NCBI GenBank assembly: GCA_020348445.1
Contig: CP070751.1
Coordinates: 5,081,187-5,145,186, forward strand
Length of the DNA: 64,000 nt
Reading direction: 5' to 3'
From: Thermoplasmata archaeon
Lineage (GTDB): Archaea > Thermoplasmatota > Thermoplasmata > GCA-020350865
In this document: one piece after another, positions 44,701-55,800 of the stretch
Numbering within the stretch: position 1 is the stretch's first letter
How the letters are laid out: each line of letters opens with the position of its first letter
Made by a program: the position numbers and the translations under genes
The notes under the pieces: model-generated
The model's database searches: none
What the model was told of the DNA's origin: nothing
What the model saw: only the letters and a program-made list of their open reading frames with translations

Positions 44701-46635
44701 CCAACCATCACTACTATCCTCAGAAAGTGAGATTATGAGTTTATCCATTCCCAACGCATTGATAGTCAAAGTCCCAGTTGTATTTAAACCATATGAAAGA
44801 CTTGTTGCATTAACATGGCATATTCCCACATCTTTTGCAGTAAATGTCGTTGACGTACCTGAAGGTGTCACACCGCCAACATCGGTATCATTACATGACC
44901 ATGTTACATCAACCAGCTTTACAAAAACATCGGATGTCTTGTTCCACCCGCATGCGTAAAATATATCGTTATCATGTTTTGTATAGGTCCGATCCCCAAT
45001 CCATCCACCTGCTCCATCCATATCAAGTGATATTCTAATTTCATCGATGGTAATATCTAAAACAGTCAATATCCCCGTTTCGTTGACTTCATAACTTGCG
45101 TTTGTAGCATTGACATAACATATCCCTCCCCCGACGGCGGTAAACGTTGTGGAGGTACTAGGCCCGAAATCTACGGTCCCCACACCAGTATCATTACATT
45201 TCCAGTCCACCTCCACCAAAGATACGAACACTCCATATGTCTCGTTCCAACCGCAGGCATATAACGTAATAATATCGGTAATAAAATAGGTCTGATCACC
45301 TACCCAGCCGGTTGCGGCATTCGAACTTAAAGAAATGATTATCTTGTCTGTTTGGGGAATCGGTGGTGGCGGTATAAGATAGGCATAATAAATATCGTCG
45401 TTGCTGCCGCTGCGGCGGTCATCCCAGGCCACACAGACTGTGCCATTTGGGGAAACTGCAAGGTCGGGGTTCAGTTGATTCTCGCCTGAAATGTCGTCGT
45501 TCACCCTTAGATTTGGATCTGTCCATGTGACACCATAATCTGAGGAATTGGCATAGAAGATATCGAAGTTGTCATTGCGGTAATCCCCCCAAGCGACATG
45601 GATGGTACCTGTCGAATCAACAGTGATGTCCGGGACCCATTGACTCCTTGTACCCACATCGGTATTTATCTTAACATTTGGATAGGGCCAGGTCTCACCT
45701 TTATCTGAGGATCTGGCAAAATATATATCCAAATTGCCATCCCGATTATCCTCCCAGACCAGGTATACATTATCATTGGAATCAACGGCAATACTGGGAT
45801 TGTATGATTCGTTGTCGGTGGCGTATGTATTCACCCTTTTATTTGGTTTGCTCCAGGTCATACCCCCATCCTCTGACTTTGCGAAGTAGATATCTGAATC
45901 GCCATCGCGTTGGTCTTCCCAGGCTGAATAAATAATGCCATTTGAATCAACGGCAATTGTGGGATTAAGCTGAAATGAGTTGGTGGTATCGTTACTCACT
46001 TCGACATTTGGATGGTTCCATGTGGCCCCCCCATCTGAAGAATATGCCGAGTAGATGTCCCAGTTAGTGCCGCTGCGAGCATCATGCCAAACAGCGTATA
46101 CAACTCCATTTGAATCCACGGCAATTACGGGTTTTTCTTGAGGAAAGGGACCACCATCTGTATTGACTGGCAAGTTGGTACTACCCCAGGTAGCGCCCCC
46201 ATCTGTGGAATTGGCAAAGTAGATATCTGCGTTACCGGCCCTGTTGTCCTCCCAGGCAATAAAAAGAGTACCTGTTGCATTCACAGCAAGGGATGGGGCC
46301 ATCTGATCCTCGGTTGTGGCATCTGTGTTGATCTTCTTGTTGGGATTGGACCAGGTTGCACCTCCATCTGTTGAGTTGGCAAAAAAGATATCTCCGTGGG
46401 TATTTCGATAGTCTTCCCAGGCAATGTATATGTTTCCATTGGGGCCCACGACAATGGATGGTCTATTCTGATTGTCGGTGCCCGATTCGATGCTCACCTT
46501 CTTGTTGGCAGAAAATGGAGGATCGGCTCTTGCCGTCTCCGGGATGGCGTAAAAGATGACCATAATGGCTGAAAACAGCATAAAATATGTTATGGCCAAG
46601 GCTAAACCTTTTTTTGCATTAACTTTCTCATTCAT
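41752..46635 (-). CDS. Surface protein: 7-blade BNR propeller, 10 Ig-like repeats, FN3, TM and acidic tail ending PSPPPP
   Basis: Seven blades. Eight FYACGWN repeats plus two AAAYN repeats of ~100 aa. FN3 segment YYYAITAVDDAGNES. TM WILILGLAFLAIVILLILSL followed by RRKKK. Confidence 0.9.
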   Translation of the reverse strand: MNEKVNAKKGLALAITYFMLFSAIMVIFYAIPETARADPPFSANKKVSIESGTDNQNRPSIVVGPNGNIYIAWEDYRNTHGDIFFANSTDGGATWSNPNKKINTDATTEDQMAPSLAVNATGTLFIAWEDNRAGNADIYFANSTDGGATWGSTNLPVNTDGGPFPQEKPVIAVDSNGVVYAVWHDARSGTNWDIYSAYSSDGGATWNHPNVEVSNDTTNSFQLNPTIAVDSNGIIYSAWEDQRDGDSDIYFAKSEDGGMTWSKPNKRVNTYATDNESYNPSIAVDSNDNVYLVWEDNRDGNLDIYFARSSDKGETWPYPNVKINTDVGTRSQWVPDITVDSTGTIHVAWGDYRNDNFDIFYANSSDYGVTWTDPNLRVNDDISGENQLNPDLAVSPNGTVCVAWDDRRSGSNDDIYYAYLIPPPPIPQTDKIIISLSSNAATGWVGDQTYFITDIITLYACGWNETYGVFVSLVEVDWKCNDTGVGTVDFGPSTSTTFTAVGGGICYVNATNASYEVNETGILTVLDITIDEIRISLDMDGAGGWIGDRTYTKHDNDIFYACGWNKTSDVFVKLVDVTWSCNDTDVGGVTPSGTSTTFTAKDVGICHVNATSLSYGLNTTGTLTINALGMDKLIISLSEDSSDGWIGDQTYKKYENDTFYACGWNNTHDEFVALVDVEWNSNDELIGTVVQGPDFSTKFEAVNVGTCNVSAYHAMFDINYTGVLTVDPLEIDEILISLTPDGSSGWIDDRSYVKHDSEIYYACGWNKTHDEFAVLVDVTWTSDDENVGEVAVGSGTTTTFNAVGVGTCKVSASHASYATNRTGILTVDPLVIDDIVISLAPNGSTGWIGDYIYDMTATDTFYACGWNKTHDEFVELVDVNWKSNDTGIGSVEIGPANSTAFNAVATGKCMVNATHATYGVNWTGVLTVVPLKIDRIFISRSPDGLSGWIGDYYFVKGGTDTFYACGWNETYDVFVELVEVNWASNNTSVGTLDPLVGSGSSVFTAVDDGVCNVSASHASYTTNWTGILSVSSFGIDRIIISRSPNCASGWVGDQLYYKYDSDTFYACGWNETDSQFVILIEVVWECNNPDVGTVNSGPSTFTTFDAEKAGVCKVSASNILYDLNWTGILTVNPLVIDRILISDTPDGSGGWIGDSYYIGGLNYIFYACGWNDTHDEFVSLVAVEWQSDDTDTGVVTLYGHWTNFTAKMISVDSQCKVNATYDDKMNATGTLTVLVPTVDEIIIRNADGGGGEIITDKVYIVNQTEILFAAAYNKTVGYLRNVIATWEISDNSVGIIETTISPPKFIARLVIEDSICKINVTYLDIRNSTGDLLVLAPRVDEIIIRDAANGEGNITTTRTFSGGETDQFYAAAYNNTAFYLWDVEVTWSVDDTSVGEVTPLGIWTNFTVKELATEGTCRITATYSPTLSNSTGIITVSASVDTIKPAAPAKPSLKVKGSDKIEISWSKVDDPDVANYRVYRRKSPDDPWEMVHEGDADTTSYTDSDLSPDTTYYYAITAVDDAGNESPYSTAASAKTEEEESQWILILGLAFLAIVILLILSLRRKKKTEVAIPPEEGEGEVEQSDEGIGEEDYEEYEGGTSEEEMYEEYEDGMSEEVEERPSPPPPP

Positions 46636-46672
46636 ATTACCTCATCTCCTGTTATTGTAATTACACTATCGA

Positions 46673-46691
46673 ATATAAATCTATCCTTGGA
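46673..46691 (-). promoter_or_regulatory. Conserved paralog promoter motif
   Basis: Minus strand reads tccaaggatagatttatat, 38 nt upstream of ATG 46635. Confidence 0.5.
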
Positions 46692-46825
46692 GCATCCCAT
46701 CGAAACCTGAATTATTGGATTACCTATCTGGTGTCTCTGTAAAGAAATGTTTGAATTGATTGAGGGACAGAAAGAGGGCTTAAGTTGAAACCGTCGAAGG
46801 CCCTATGGACTTAACAGGGCTTTCC

Positions 46826-49800
46826 TTACCTATCGTCCTCAGGTTCTCCCATGGTGTCCCTGTGTGTGGCTGGTAAATTGCCTGCCTGTGGATCTCTTGG
46901 CCCGCCGTGTTGTAATCCCCATCGATCATCCTTCTGGTCTGCAAGGCCCAACTCGCCATCAGATTCTACAAGGGCCTGATCGGCTCCACAGGCCTCGCCC
47001 AGGGCCATGAGGAACCTAACAAGATGCGGGGATATCAATCTATCTGTCTCAGGATATCCGAACGGTGCATATGGTGCAATATAGCTGTTGAATTCTCCTA
47101 TCCAGTCAAAGACCCGGTCCCCACCTGTATTGAATATCATCACATCAAGACCGCATCCACCGAAGACGAAATCCCTGTCTGCAAATTCGGGTGAATCAGG
47201 CTCGTTGTTGAGGCCACCTTGTGAGTCATGATTGTCGTCTGCATTGATGACATCGTCACCCAATCCACCGAACATGCGATCGTTCTGGGTTCCGCCAACT
47301 ATCCAGTCATGGCCGTTATCTCCGAACATCCTGTCCTTACCGTCTAAGATCTTGGTGCCGTTACCATCAACGGCCTCGAAATTGAGGAAGAATCCAACAA
47401 TCTTCGTGCGTGGATTCTCTGCATCGTAGAAGGATATCTTTCTTGTTACAGGATCGTAAGGCAGCGGTGTTGTGTTGGTTATTGGATCGCTGTTATAGAA
47501 ATCAGGCAATGCTTCGGCACCCAACATTCCATCATCACCTGCTCCACCGTGCATCCAGTCATTGCCAAGACCGCCATACATGATGTCGTTTCCGCCGTAT
47601 TCAAAAGCCGCAATGTCAGCGACTTTCTTGAGCCTTCCTGTGATATCAACCCAGGCACCAATAAAGGGACCAGGCAATTTGATGAACTTCTCTTTGAATG
47701 GTTTGGTTAATCCGTAAAGCGGCTCAGTCTCACCGTTTCTTGAGGTGCGGATCCTGCCATCGTCACCCATCATGCCATCCTGGCCATTTCCACCATACAT
47801 CCTATCATGGCCACTCTGGCCGTAGAGATCGTCGTCCTGTCCCTCGCCAAATATGACATCGTTACCCACCATACCGTGTATGAGATCATCACTGGCCTCA
47901 CCGTGAATCAGATCATCTGTTCCGATGTCGCTTGCACTTCCGCCTGGAGTGTAGTCAAGAAGCTGAATTGCCCTTGGAATGATGGTCACATTGCCGTAGT
48001 TGTCATAAGTAAATGTGAGGAAGTCACCGCTGTATTGTCCGTTTGTACCCACGATGCGGAATATATTGCCATTGTCTCCGAGTATGTAATCTGAATCCAA
48101 TGCATGACCGTCATCTGATTCATCACCTGGATCGTATCTTGCAATACGGGTTCCTGCTCCACCGAATATGGTGTCAGAATCGTCGGGTCTCAGGCTTGAA
48201 TCAGTGAGACCGAACAGCTCTGAGCTTCCGCCAACTATGTCATCCTGGCCATAGTCACCATAGATAAGGTCCTTGCCGCCGTTGCCCTCCATGTAATCAT
48301 CGCCGTCATCTGCATTCTCCACAGAAGGATCGGTGGCATTGATGAACTCAGAAACTGAGGCGTCACCCTGCATTAGGTCGTCCCCAAGCTCGCCGAACAT
48401 GACATCCTCGTGCGGTCCCCCTGCCATGTAATCGTTGCCGTATGTGTATGGTGTGGGGCTGTCGCTGTGGTCCAAAAGTGTGGTATCGCGACCCCTGGCA
48501 CCGCTTGGATTAGGCTGGTGGGTGGAAGTAACGTCTGCATCGTCATTTTCATCGTACAATGTGGTGCCCTCCAATGAACGGATGCGCGGGCTCACAGTGT
48601 CGTATCTCCTGAGAATTATGCAATTGTCTCCTGCCATCACATCATCCTCCGAGCCTCCGTCCATGATATCGTTTAGACCTGGTCCAACATCGAGCTCATC
48701 GATTCCGCCCACGACGTTATGGCCACCGATCATGTCGTCGTCATCCTCATTGCCGAACATGTCGTCGTCGCCTTGCTGGCCCAGCATTATGTCATCGCCT
48801 TCGTTGCCGTACATCAGATCGCCGTCACCGCCATCGGATGCGGCAGTGTATATAGCGATGAAGATGAACGTCGGAACAGGCAGGGTCGAGAGATCCAGTA
48901 ACATATTGGGCTTTCTTTCCACCCTGGCATGGTCACCGAAGAGCAGGTCGTTGTGTTCGTGGCCGTACATCGTATCATCAGCAGTTCCACCGAATGCGAT
49001 ATCATTCTCAGAACCGCACAGTATCATGTCACTGCCACCGTCATTGGGGAATGTGGCAATAATAAGATCCAGGGTCGAAGTATCGGGTTCTGAACTGTCA
49101 ACAGATGTTAATACATAATCGAGAAGGCCGTTGTCGCCAAGTATGATATCCATATCGGCATTTCCCTTGAGATGATCACCGTAAGCGCCGCCGAGAATTA
49201 TGTCATCCTGATCGTTTCCTTCGATGGTGTCGCTGCCGCCTATTGCGGGATCAGTTGTCTTGATTTTTTCTATGAGCTCTCCTGGCTGTGTGATATTGCC
49301 ATTGTCACCAAGGATTATATCCTCCCCACCGTGACCCCAGATATCGTCACCAAATGCACCGCCTAAGATCTTATCATTATCCTCGTTACCCTCGATGGTG
49401 TCGCTGCCCCCTATACCAGGATCAGTTGTCACTATCAGATCGAGGGTGTTTGCATCGCCGTCAAAGACCATGTCCAAGAATCCGTTGTCACCTAGAATCA
49501 CATCCTCGTTTAGATTGCCCCAGATTAAGTCACCCTCGGCCCCTCCAAGGATGTAGTCATCCCCGTCATTGCCTTCGATTGTATCGTTGCCGCCTATTGC
49601 CGGGTCTGTGGTCTCGATGAGCTCTATTATCTCACCGGGCTGTGTTACCCTACCGTTGTCACCAAGTATCAGATCGTTATTTTCGTGGCCCCAAATGTAG
49701 TCCCCGTACGGGCCACCCAGTATGGTATCCTCTCCTTCATTGCCTTCGATGGTATCGATGCCACCAATGGAAGGATCTGTGGTCTCGATGAGATCCAGGG

Positions 49801-52800
49801 TGTCAGCGTCACCATCCACGACAAAATCTAGCCTTCCGTTATCGCCGAGAATGACCTCGTTGCCCAAATTGCCCCATATGAAGTCACCAGCAGCACCACC
49901 CAGTATCTTGTCATCATCGTCGTTTCCTTCGATGATATCGCTTCCACCTGTGGCGGGATCGGTGGTTTCTATAACTTGAATTACCTCATCTGGCATGGTG
50001 ATCTTACCGTTGTCGCCGAGGATTATATCATTATCATCGTTGCCCCATATATAATCGCCGGCTGTTCCTCCCAGTATTATATCATCATCGTCCTGGCCGT
50101 AAATGGTGTCGTTGCTGCCGTATGATGGGAAAATGGTTTCGATCATGTCGATTACACCACCCGGCATCGTAAGTTCTCCGTTGTCCCCAAGTATCACGTC
50201 ATCATTGTCATTCCCTTCAATGTAATCGCCTCCAGCACCGCCGAGAACGATGTCCTCGCCCTCGTCACCTCTTATGGTGTCGCCGCTGCCCAAATCAGGT
50301 TTGGTGGTATTGATCATATCCAGGGTCGTGGGATCACCATCACCACCGCTGCCGTTCGCAAGGTTGTATTTTAAAATGCCCTCGTCGCCAACAATGATGT
50401 CGTTGCCTGTTGCGCCGTCAAGATCGTCCCCTGCGACACCACCAATTATGACATCGCTTTCCTCGTTGCCCTCGACTGTGTCATTGCCGCCGTCTTCAGC
50501 GACGGTGTCGGTAGCCTCGATTATTACGACGATACCATTTATTAGGTCTATCCTGCCCTGGTCACCGATTATGATATCCTCCCCAGGATCACTTGATGGA
50601 TCTTGATCAAGTGTATCATCACCGTATATGATATCACCGGCGTCACCCCCTAAGATCGTGTCGTCCACTTCACCGCCTGATATTGTATCGACTCCGCCAG
50701 GAGCGGGTAAGATATTGTCCGTCGTAAGTATAAGATCTAGAGTGGACCTGTCTCCATCACCTGTATTATAGTTCAGCAAACCGCTGTCACCGAGAATGAT
50801 GTCGTTATCCAAGCCTCCTATCAGGTCGTCATCGCCAACGCCGCCTAAGATAACGTCAGCATTTTCACTTCCGTTGATATAATCATCGCCGCCTGTGCTA
50901 TTATCGGTGTCCGTGGTTTCGATTAAGGTGACCTCAGATGTTTTATCATCTGGAACAGGGACAAAGTCAACACGACCGTTATCGCCGATTAAGATGTCGT
51001 CTCCGTCCGCTCCCAACTCGTCGGCATCTCCGAAGATGTCATCCTCCCCTCTACCGCCGATAGCTATATCTTCACCCTCGCCGCCATAGATGGTATCATC
51101 ATCGCCTGATCCTAGATCTGTGGATTCAAACAACTCTATGAGAGATCCGCCCATGGTATCCTGGTAATCGAAGTCGAACTCACCGTTATCTCCTATCAAC
51201 TTGTCGTCACCATCACCACCGTTCATGGTATCCTGACCAGGACCGCCCAGCAGGATATCGTCACCCACATCACCGTTCATGAAATCGTTTCCTATGGTGG
51301 TATTGCGCACTGTTTTGATGAGGTCGTAATTCAGTGTTAGCTTGTTGGGAACCAAATAGACCTCGCCGTCGTCGCCGAACATGACATCGTTGTCGGCATT
51401 TCCCTTCACCAAATCATGGCCCGCATTGCCGTACAACCTGTCGTTTCCACTTCCTCCATAAAGATCGTCATTACCCTCATCACCGTATGCGATGTCAGAG
51501 CCGCGATCGCCCCATATCCAGTCGTTATTTGCACCGCCGTGGAGCTCGTCGTTTCCATCCTCGCCAAAGATCCAATCGTTACCATCACCGCCTGTTAGGT
51601 TGTCACCGGCTGCTGTGCCATATAACGGGAATCTCGTGATAGGATGACCTGTGGCATTTTCTTCGAATTCCTGTGACGTCTTATTGTAATCAAATGAGGA
51701 ATCGCCCCAGATGGTATCTGCTCCTCCTCCGCCATGGATCCAATCGGGAGCGCCTCCGCCGCTTAGGAAATCGTCACCTCCCTCACCTGAGATGTTATCG
51801 GCATCAGCGTCACCTGTTATATGATCCTGACCTCCGAAGTCAGGATTATCGGGATACATATCAGGTTTGCCGTTGCCATTTGTATCAAGGCTGAAGGAAT
51901 AACTAGAAACAGTGTACTGGAACGAGGAATCTCCCCATATCCAATCCTCACCATCCTCGCCTCGGACGATGTCTCCATTATCACCGCCTGCAAGGAAGTC
52001 ATCTCCTGCTCCGCCGAAAATGATATCGGCTTGTTGACTTCCCCTGAGGGTCCAGGGCTCCCCTGACACAGCTTGAGAGGCATCACCGCTTATCACATCA
52101 TCCTCAGATCCACCCTCCAGATAATCTTTGCCACCGTTGCCAATTAGTATATCCTCGCCCTTCTCGCCGTATAGATGGTCGTTTCCTGGTCCGCCGACCA
52201 GAACATCTTCACCAATACCACCCCATAGCTCTGCAACGCCATCGCCGGCTATGAGAACATCATTGCCTGATCCCCCTACTAGTTCAGCTGTGATGGAAGA
52301 CGTATCCACACCCGACATATCGACGATATCGTTACCTTCTCCGCAATCGGCCATTACCTTTTTCACACCTGAATATTCCTGTGGACCGTAGGTCGTACCT
52401 CCCAAGGTGGCAGTCACCTCCACAGTATCTCCTGACTTCAATTCCAATATGAATTTCTCAGAATCATCTGTTGTATGTCTGTAAAGCCGGTCCTGTGCAA
52501 ACTCACCCATATTGAGGCGGAGCTCACCGCTATCCTCGTCGACCTTTGCAAGAATTGGATCCTTTGGACATGTGTAGCTGAATTCAATCAAAGGCAGCGA
52601 AGGTCCAAAGTACCATGTTTTCTCCCACAGACCCCAGAGTGCCTCAACAAAGGCGAAAAGACGCGCCTCAACCTTTCCACTAACATCGAAGATACAGATC
52701 AATCCCAGCGGGAACGAAAGCTGCTTGATTCCATTGAGTATGTTGCCCCAGATCTCCTCAATCCTCACCTTGCCGTCTCCGTCTGGATCATTTAAGTTGA

Positions 52801-55800
52801 AATCGATTGTAGCGTAAATTCCGCCGCCAACACCAGCCTTTGCTACCACGAGGTTCAGAACTGCAGCACCACTGATACCACCATAGATAGTGACCTCTGG
52901 AATATCGGCGCCGGTATCCAAATCTAAATCTCCCACATAAAAGCCTTTGAGCAGATCAAGTGGGTGCTTGAATCCTCCTGCTGCAAATTCCTGAAGTCCG
53001 TATGTGTCGTAGCCAAAGGACAGGTCGATTATGACCCCCAACGAGCCTGTGATTTCAGCACCCAGCCCGTCCCAAATTGGGAAGTACTGGCTGTACGTGA
53101 AATCAAATATGAACTTGGGCATGTCATAGACCACGATGTCAGCAGGCCTACCCAGTAACAGGCCAAATATCTGTCCCGGATCTTCAAATATCGGGAAGCT
53201 CCAACCTCCTCCTTCCTTTGTTGTACTGCTTGCAAAGGACTTGGTTGCAGGCTTAGCACTGCTTCCATCAAGTGCACTTCCAAGTGAGGAATCGAAATCG
53301 AAGTTGGAAAGTGCGCTGCTGAGTTCCTCAAAGCCCGCACCCAGGGGCAGGGATTGACTGGAGGGAGTATTTCTGATTTCATCAAATACACCTTCATCTG
53401 TTAGATCGGGAGCATCTCCATCATCCCCGCCTAAGCTGAAGCTGCCAAAGACAATGACGATATCACCTGCGTCTGTTGGAATGGAATTTATGAACGTGAT
53501 GAGATCTGCCAATGCATAAATGAAAGCTGGATCCACAACACCGAACATCCCTGCTATGTCGATTAACGTGATGGTCTGTCCCGCCAAATCGGATATAACT
53601 GGAATCCTGGAAGTAAGAATGTCCACAAGAGGCTGCAGTGGTTCTGTTATCTGCTGTATCTCTTCGACAATGGGACCAAGAAAGTCCGAGAAGAACGAGC
53701 CGAGATTGAGTCCCACATTGGTGAAGTTGATCCACGGATTAGATGGATGCCTATCAAATGGGCTGGATGCAGAATTGTTGACACCATCTCCAAGACCCCA
53801 TCTCAAGTAGAATCCTGCCTCGATGGATGGCCACTTGCCTCCGCCTACAATTCCCAATCTGAGGTCAAGATCCAGGTCGGCCTGAACTCCCCAGGAGAAA
53901 TCGAAATCCATGGATGGTATCTCGCCAAAGGACAGCCTGTCATCATCGCCACCGCCCTCGACGTCCACACTGAACCATCCATACAGGCTCTCCTTGTCAG
54001 GATTTTCCTGGGTTACATCCAGGTTCTCTACGTCCAGCTGCAAAAACAGCAACTTGCCTGTGAGATGATCCATTAGTGTCACACCGAGGCCTATATCAAT
54101 TATGCTGGTGAGGTATTTAGAGCCAGTATGTGGATAAACTGTTGTACCATTGAATTCATCTGTAAATTCGTCCCAGGGTGTGGTATCAAAATAGAATCCG
54201 TCATCAAGGCTTATTCCAAAGACCAATAGGAAGTTCCAGGTGAATGCTATCTCTATCCCGCCGTCCATATCAAGGCCTAGTCCTGGTAGGCCGAAATCGA
54301 TCTCGGGGGTTTCCCAGGAGTAGCGGTCTCCCAGCCAAAGATTGAACTGTAATTCACTCCAATCATCAGCTAGATAGTACTGGACATCGCGGAAAGTGAG
54401 CCCGCCGTCAGTGCTGTTCCAGTTTTCATCCAGTTGCAGTATATCAAGTCCTGGGGGCCCCAGCGCATTGAAGATCGCCTCCCGAACTAGATCAATTGCC
54501 TTTTGTGGTGCATTTTCGATGAAATCCCGAAGCCATGGAATAACACTGTCGCGGACATCCTCTATGAATTCGGCTCCATCTGAAAGACTGTCCCCAATAA
54601 GGGGCAGGTCGATTTCGCCAAATTCCCCTGCCAGTATATCTTCCAAGATAGCAAGGAGCATGTCCAGGCCTTCAACCACCAGAAGTAGCATTTCTATGAG
54701 GTTTAGATCGTCTAAGTCAGGAAGCGCAGCCGTGAAATTGGGTGCTGAGTTCAGACTTGCATCCACCTTGATGTCGAATGGATCGCTCGTGCCCACCTCC
54801 ATTGAAATATTGACATTGAAATCCAGATTGCCGATGAAGTTGGACGCTGTCGGGAAATAGCATGGTAAAATGGCTCCTATTCCGGCAGATAGATTTGCCT
54901 TGAGGTTGTAAGCAGACAGGTTAAAGAGCTCAATCTTGTCTCCGTCGGTTGATGGATTTGGATCATCGAAGGCTGTGAGTATTAAGTACGCAGGATTCGT
55001 GTTGCTGGGATTTCCATCCTCATTGAAAACGGCATGACCGCCAGTTACGAATAAGCCAAATGGCCCCAAGGATGCTATGAAATTAACGTTGGAAGCGTTT
55101 GCGTAACCCTCGAGTCTTATTTCTGTGTTATCAAAAATATATACTGCAAAGTTCGAAAGATTAATTCCCATACCCAGTTCAACCTCAACCGAGAATTCAG
55201 CCTCAAGACCTGCTGCTCCGCTGAGATTAGCAAGACTCTGAAGGCTGGGGGGTAGGGATAGACCCAGTAGATCCAATAGGTCGATCTGTACTGGTAATGA
55301 TGCACTGTAGCTCGTGTCCCAAGTGATGTTGAAGCGCAAAATTGTACTGCTTTTAAATATGGAAAGGATAACACTCTCTTCATCATCGGTTGGTATTCCC
55401 AGAACCTCTTTAAGAAGAGTTAGGAGCTCCTGAGCAATGGAGGCATCCTCACTTGACAGCTCCTCAATAGCCAATAAAAACGGCTCAATAAAGTTCAGGG
55501 TCTCGTTCAGCGTGACGCCCAGAATAGGTATGGGTTCATCATAGAAATCGTACTTGCTGAAGTTAATAAGGAGATTGTAGATGCTTCGAAGCGCAGTTAA
55601 AACTGAACTGAAGTTCAAATCATCGAAGCCGTCGGCAATGGCCCCCATATCCAATGCCGTAACATCCAGGGTTGACATATTCGTGAAATCCTCCAGAACG
55701 ATAACGATCCTTGGATTACCCAACAACTCATTGGCAAGGCCTTGTATAGCATCAGGCAATTGAATGGAAATGTTGGAGAGTGTAAGATTCCCGTTGCCTG

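Noticed and set aside
32578-46635. Sialidase (neuraminidase) enzyme call for the BNR proteins
   Set aside because: Asp-boxes are present, but no FRIP motif or arginine triad could be recognised, and there are seven blades rather than six. Only a structural propeller call is supported.
46826-52350. RTX pore-forming toxin or type I secretion locus
   Set aside because: No hemolysin pore domain, acyltransferase or HlyB/HlyD genes were seen. The repeats alone indicate only Ca-binding beta-rolls.
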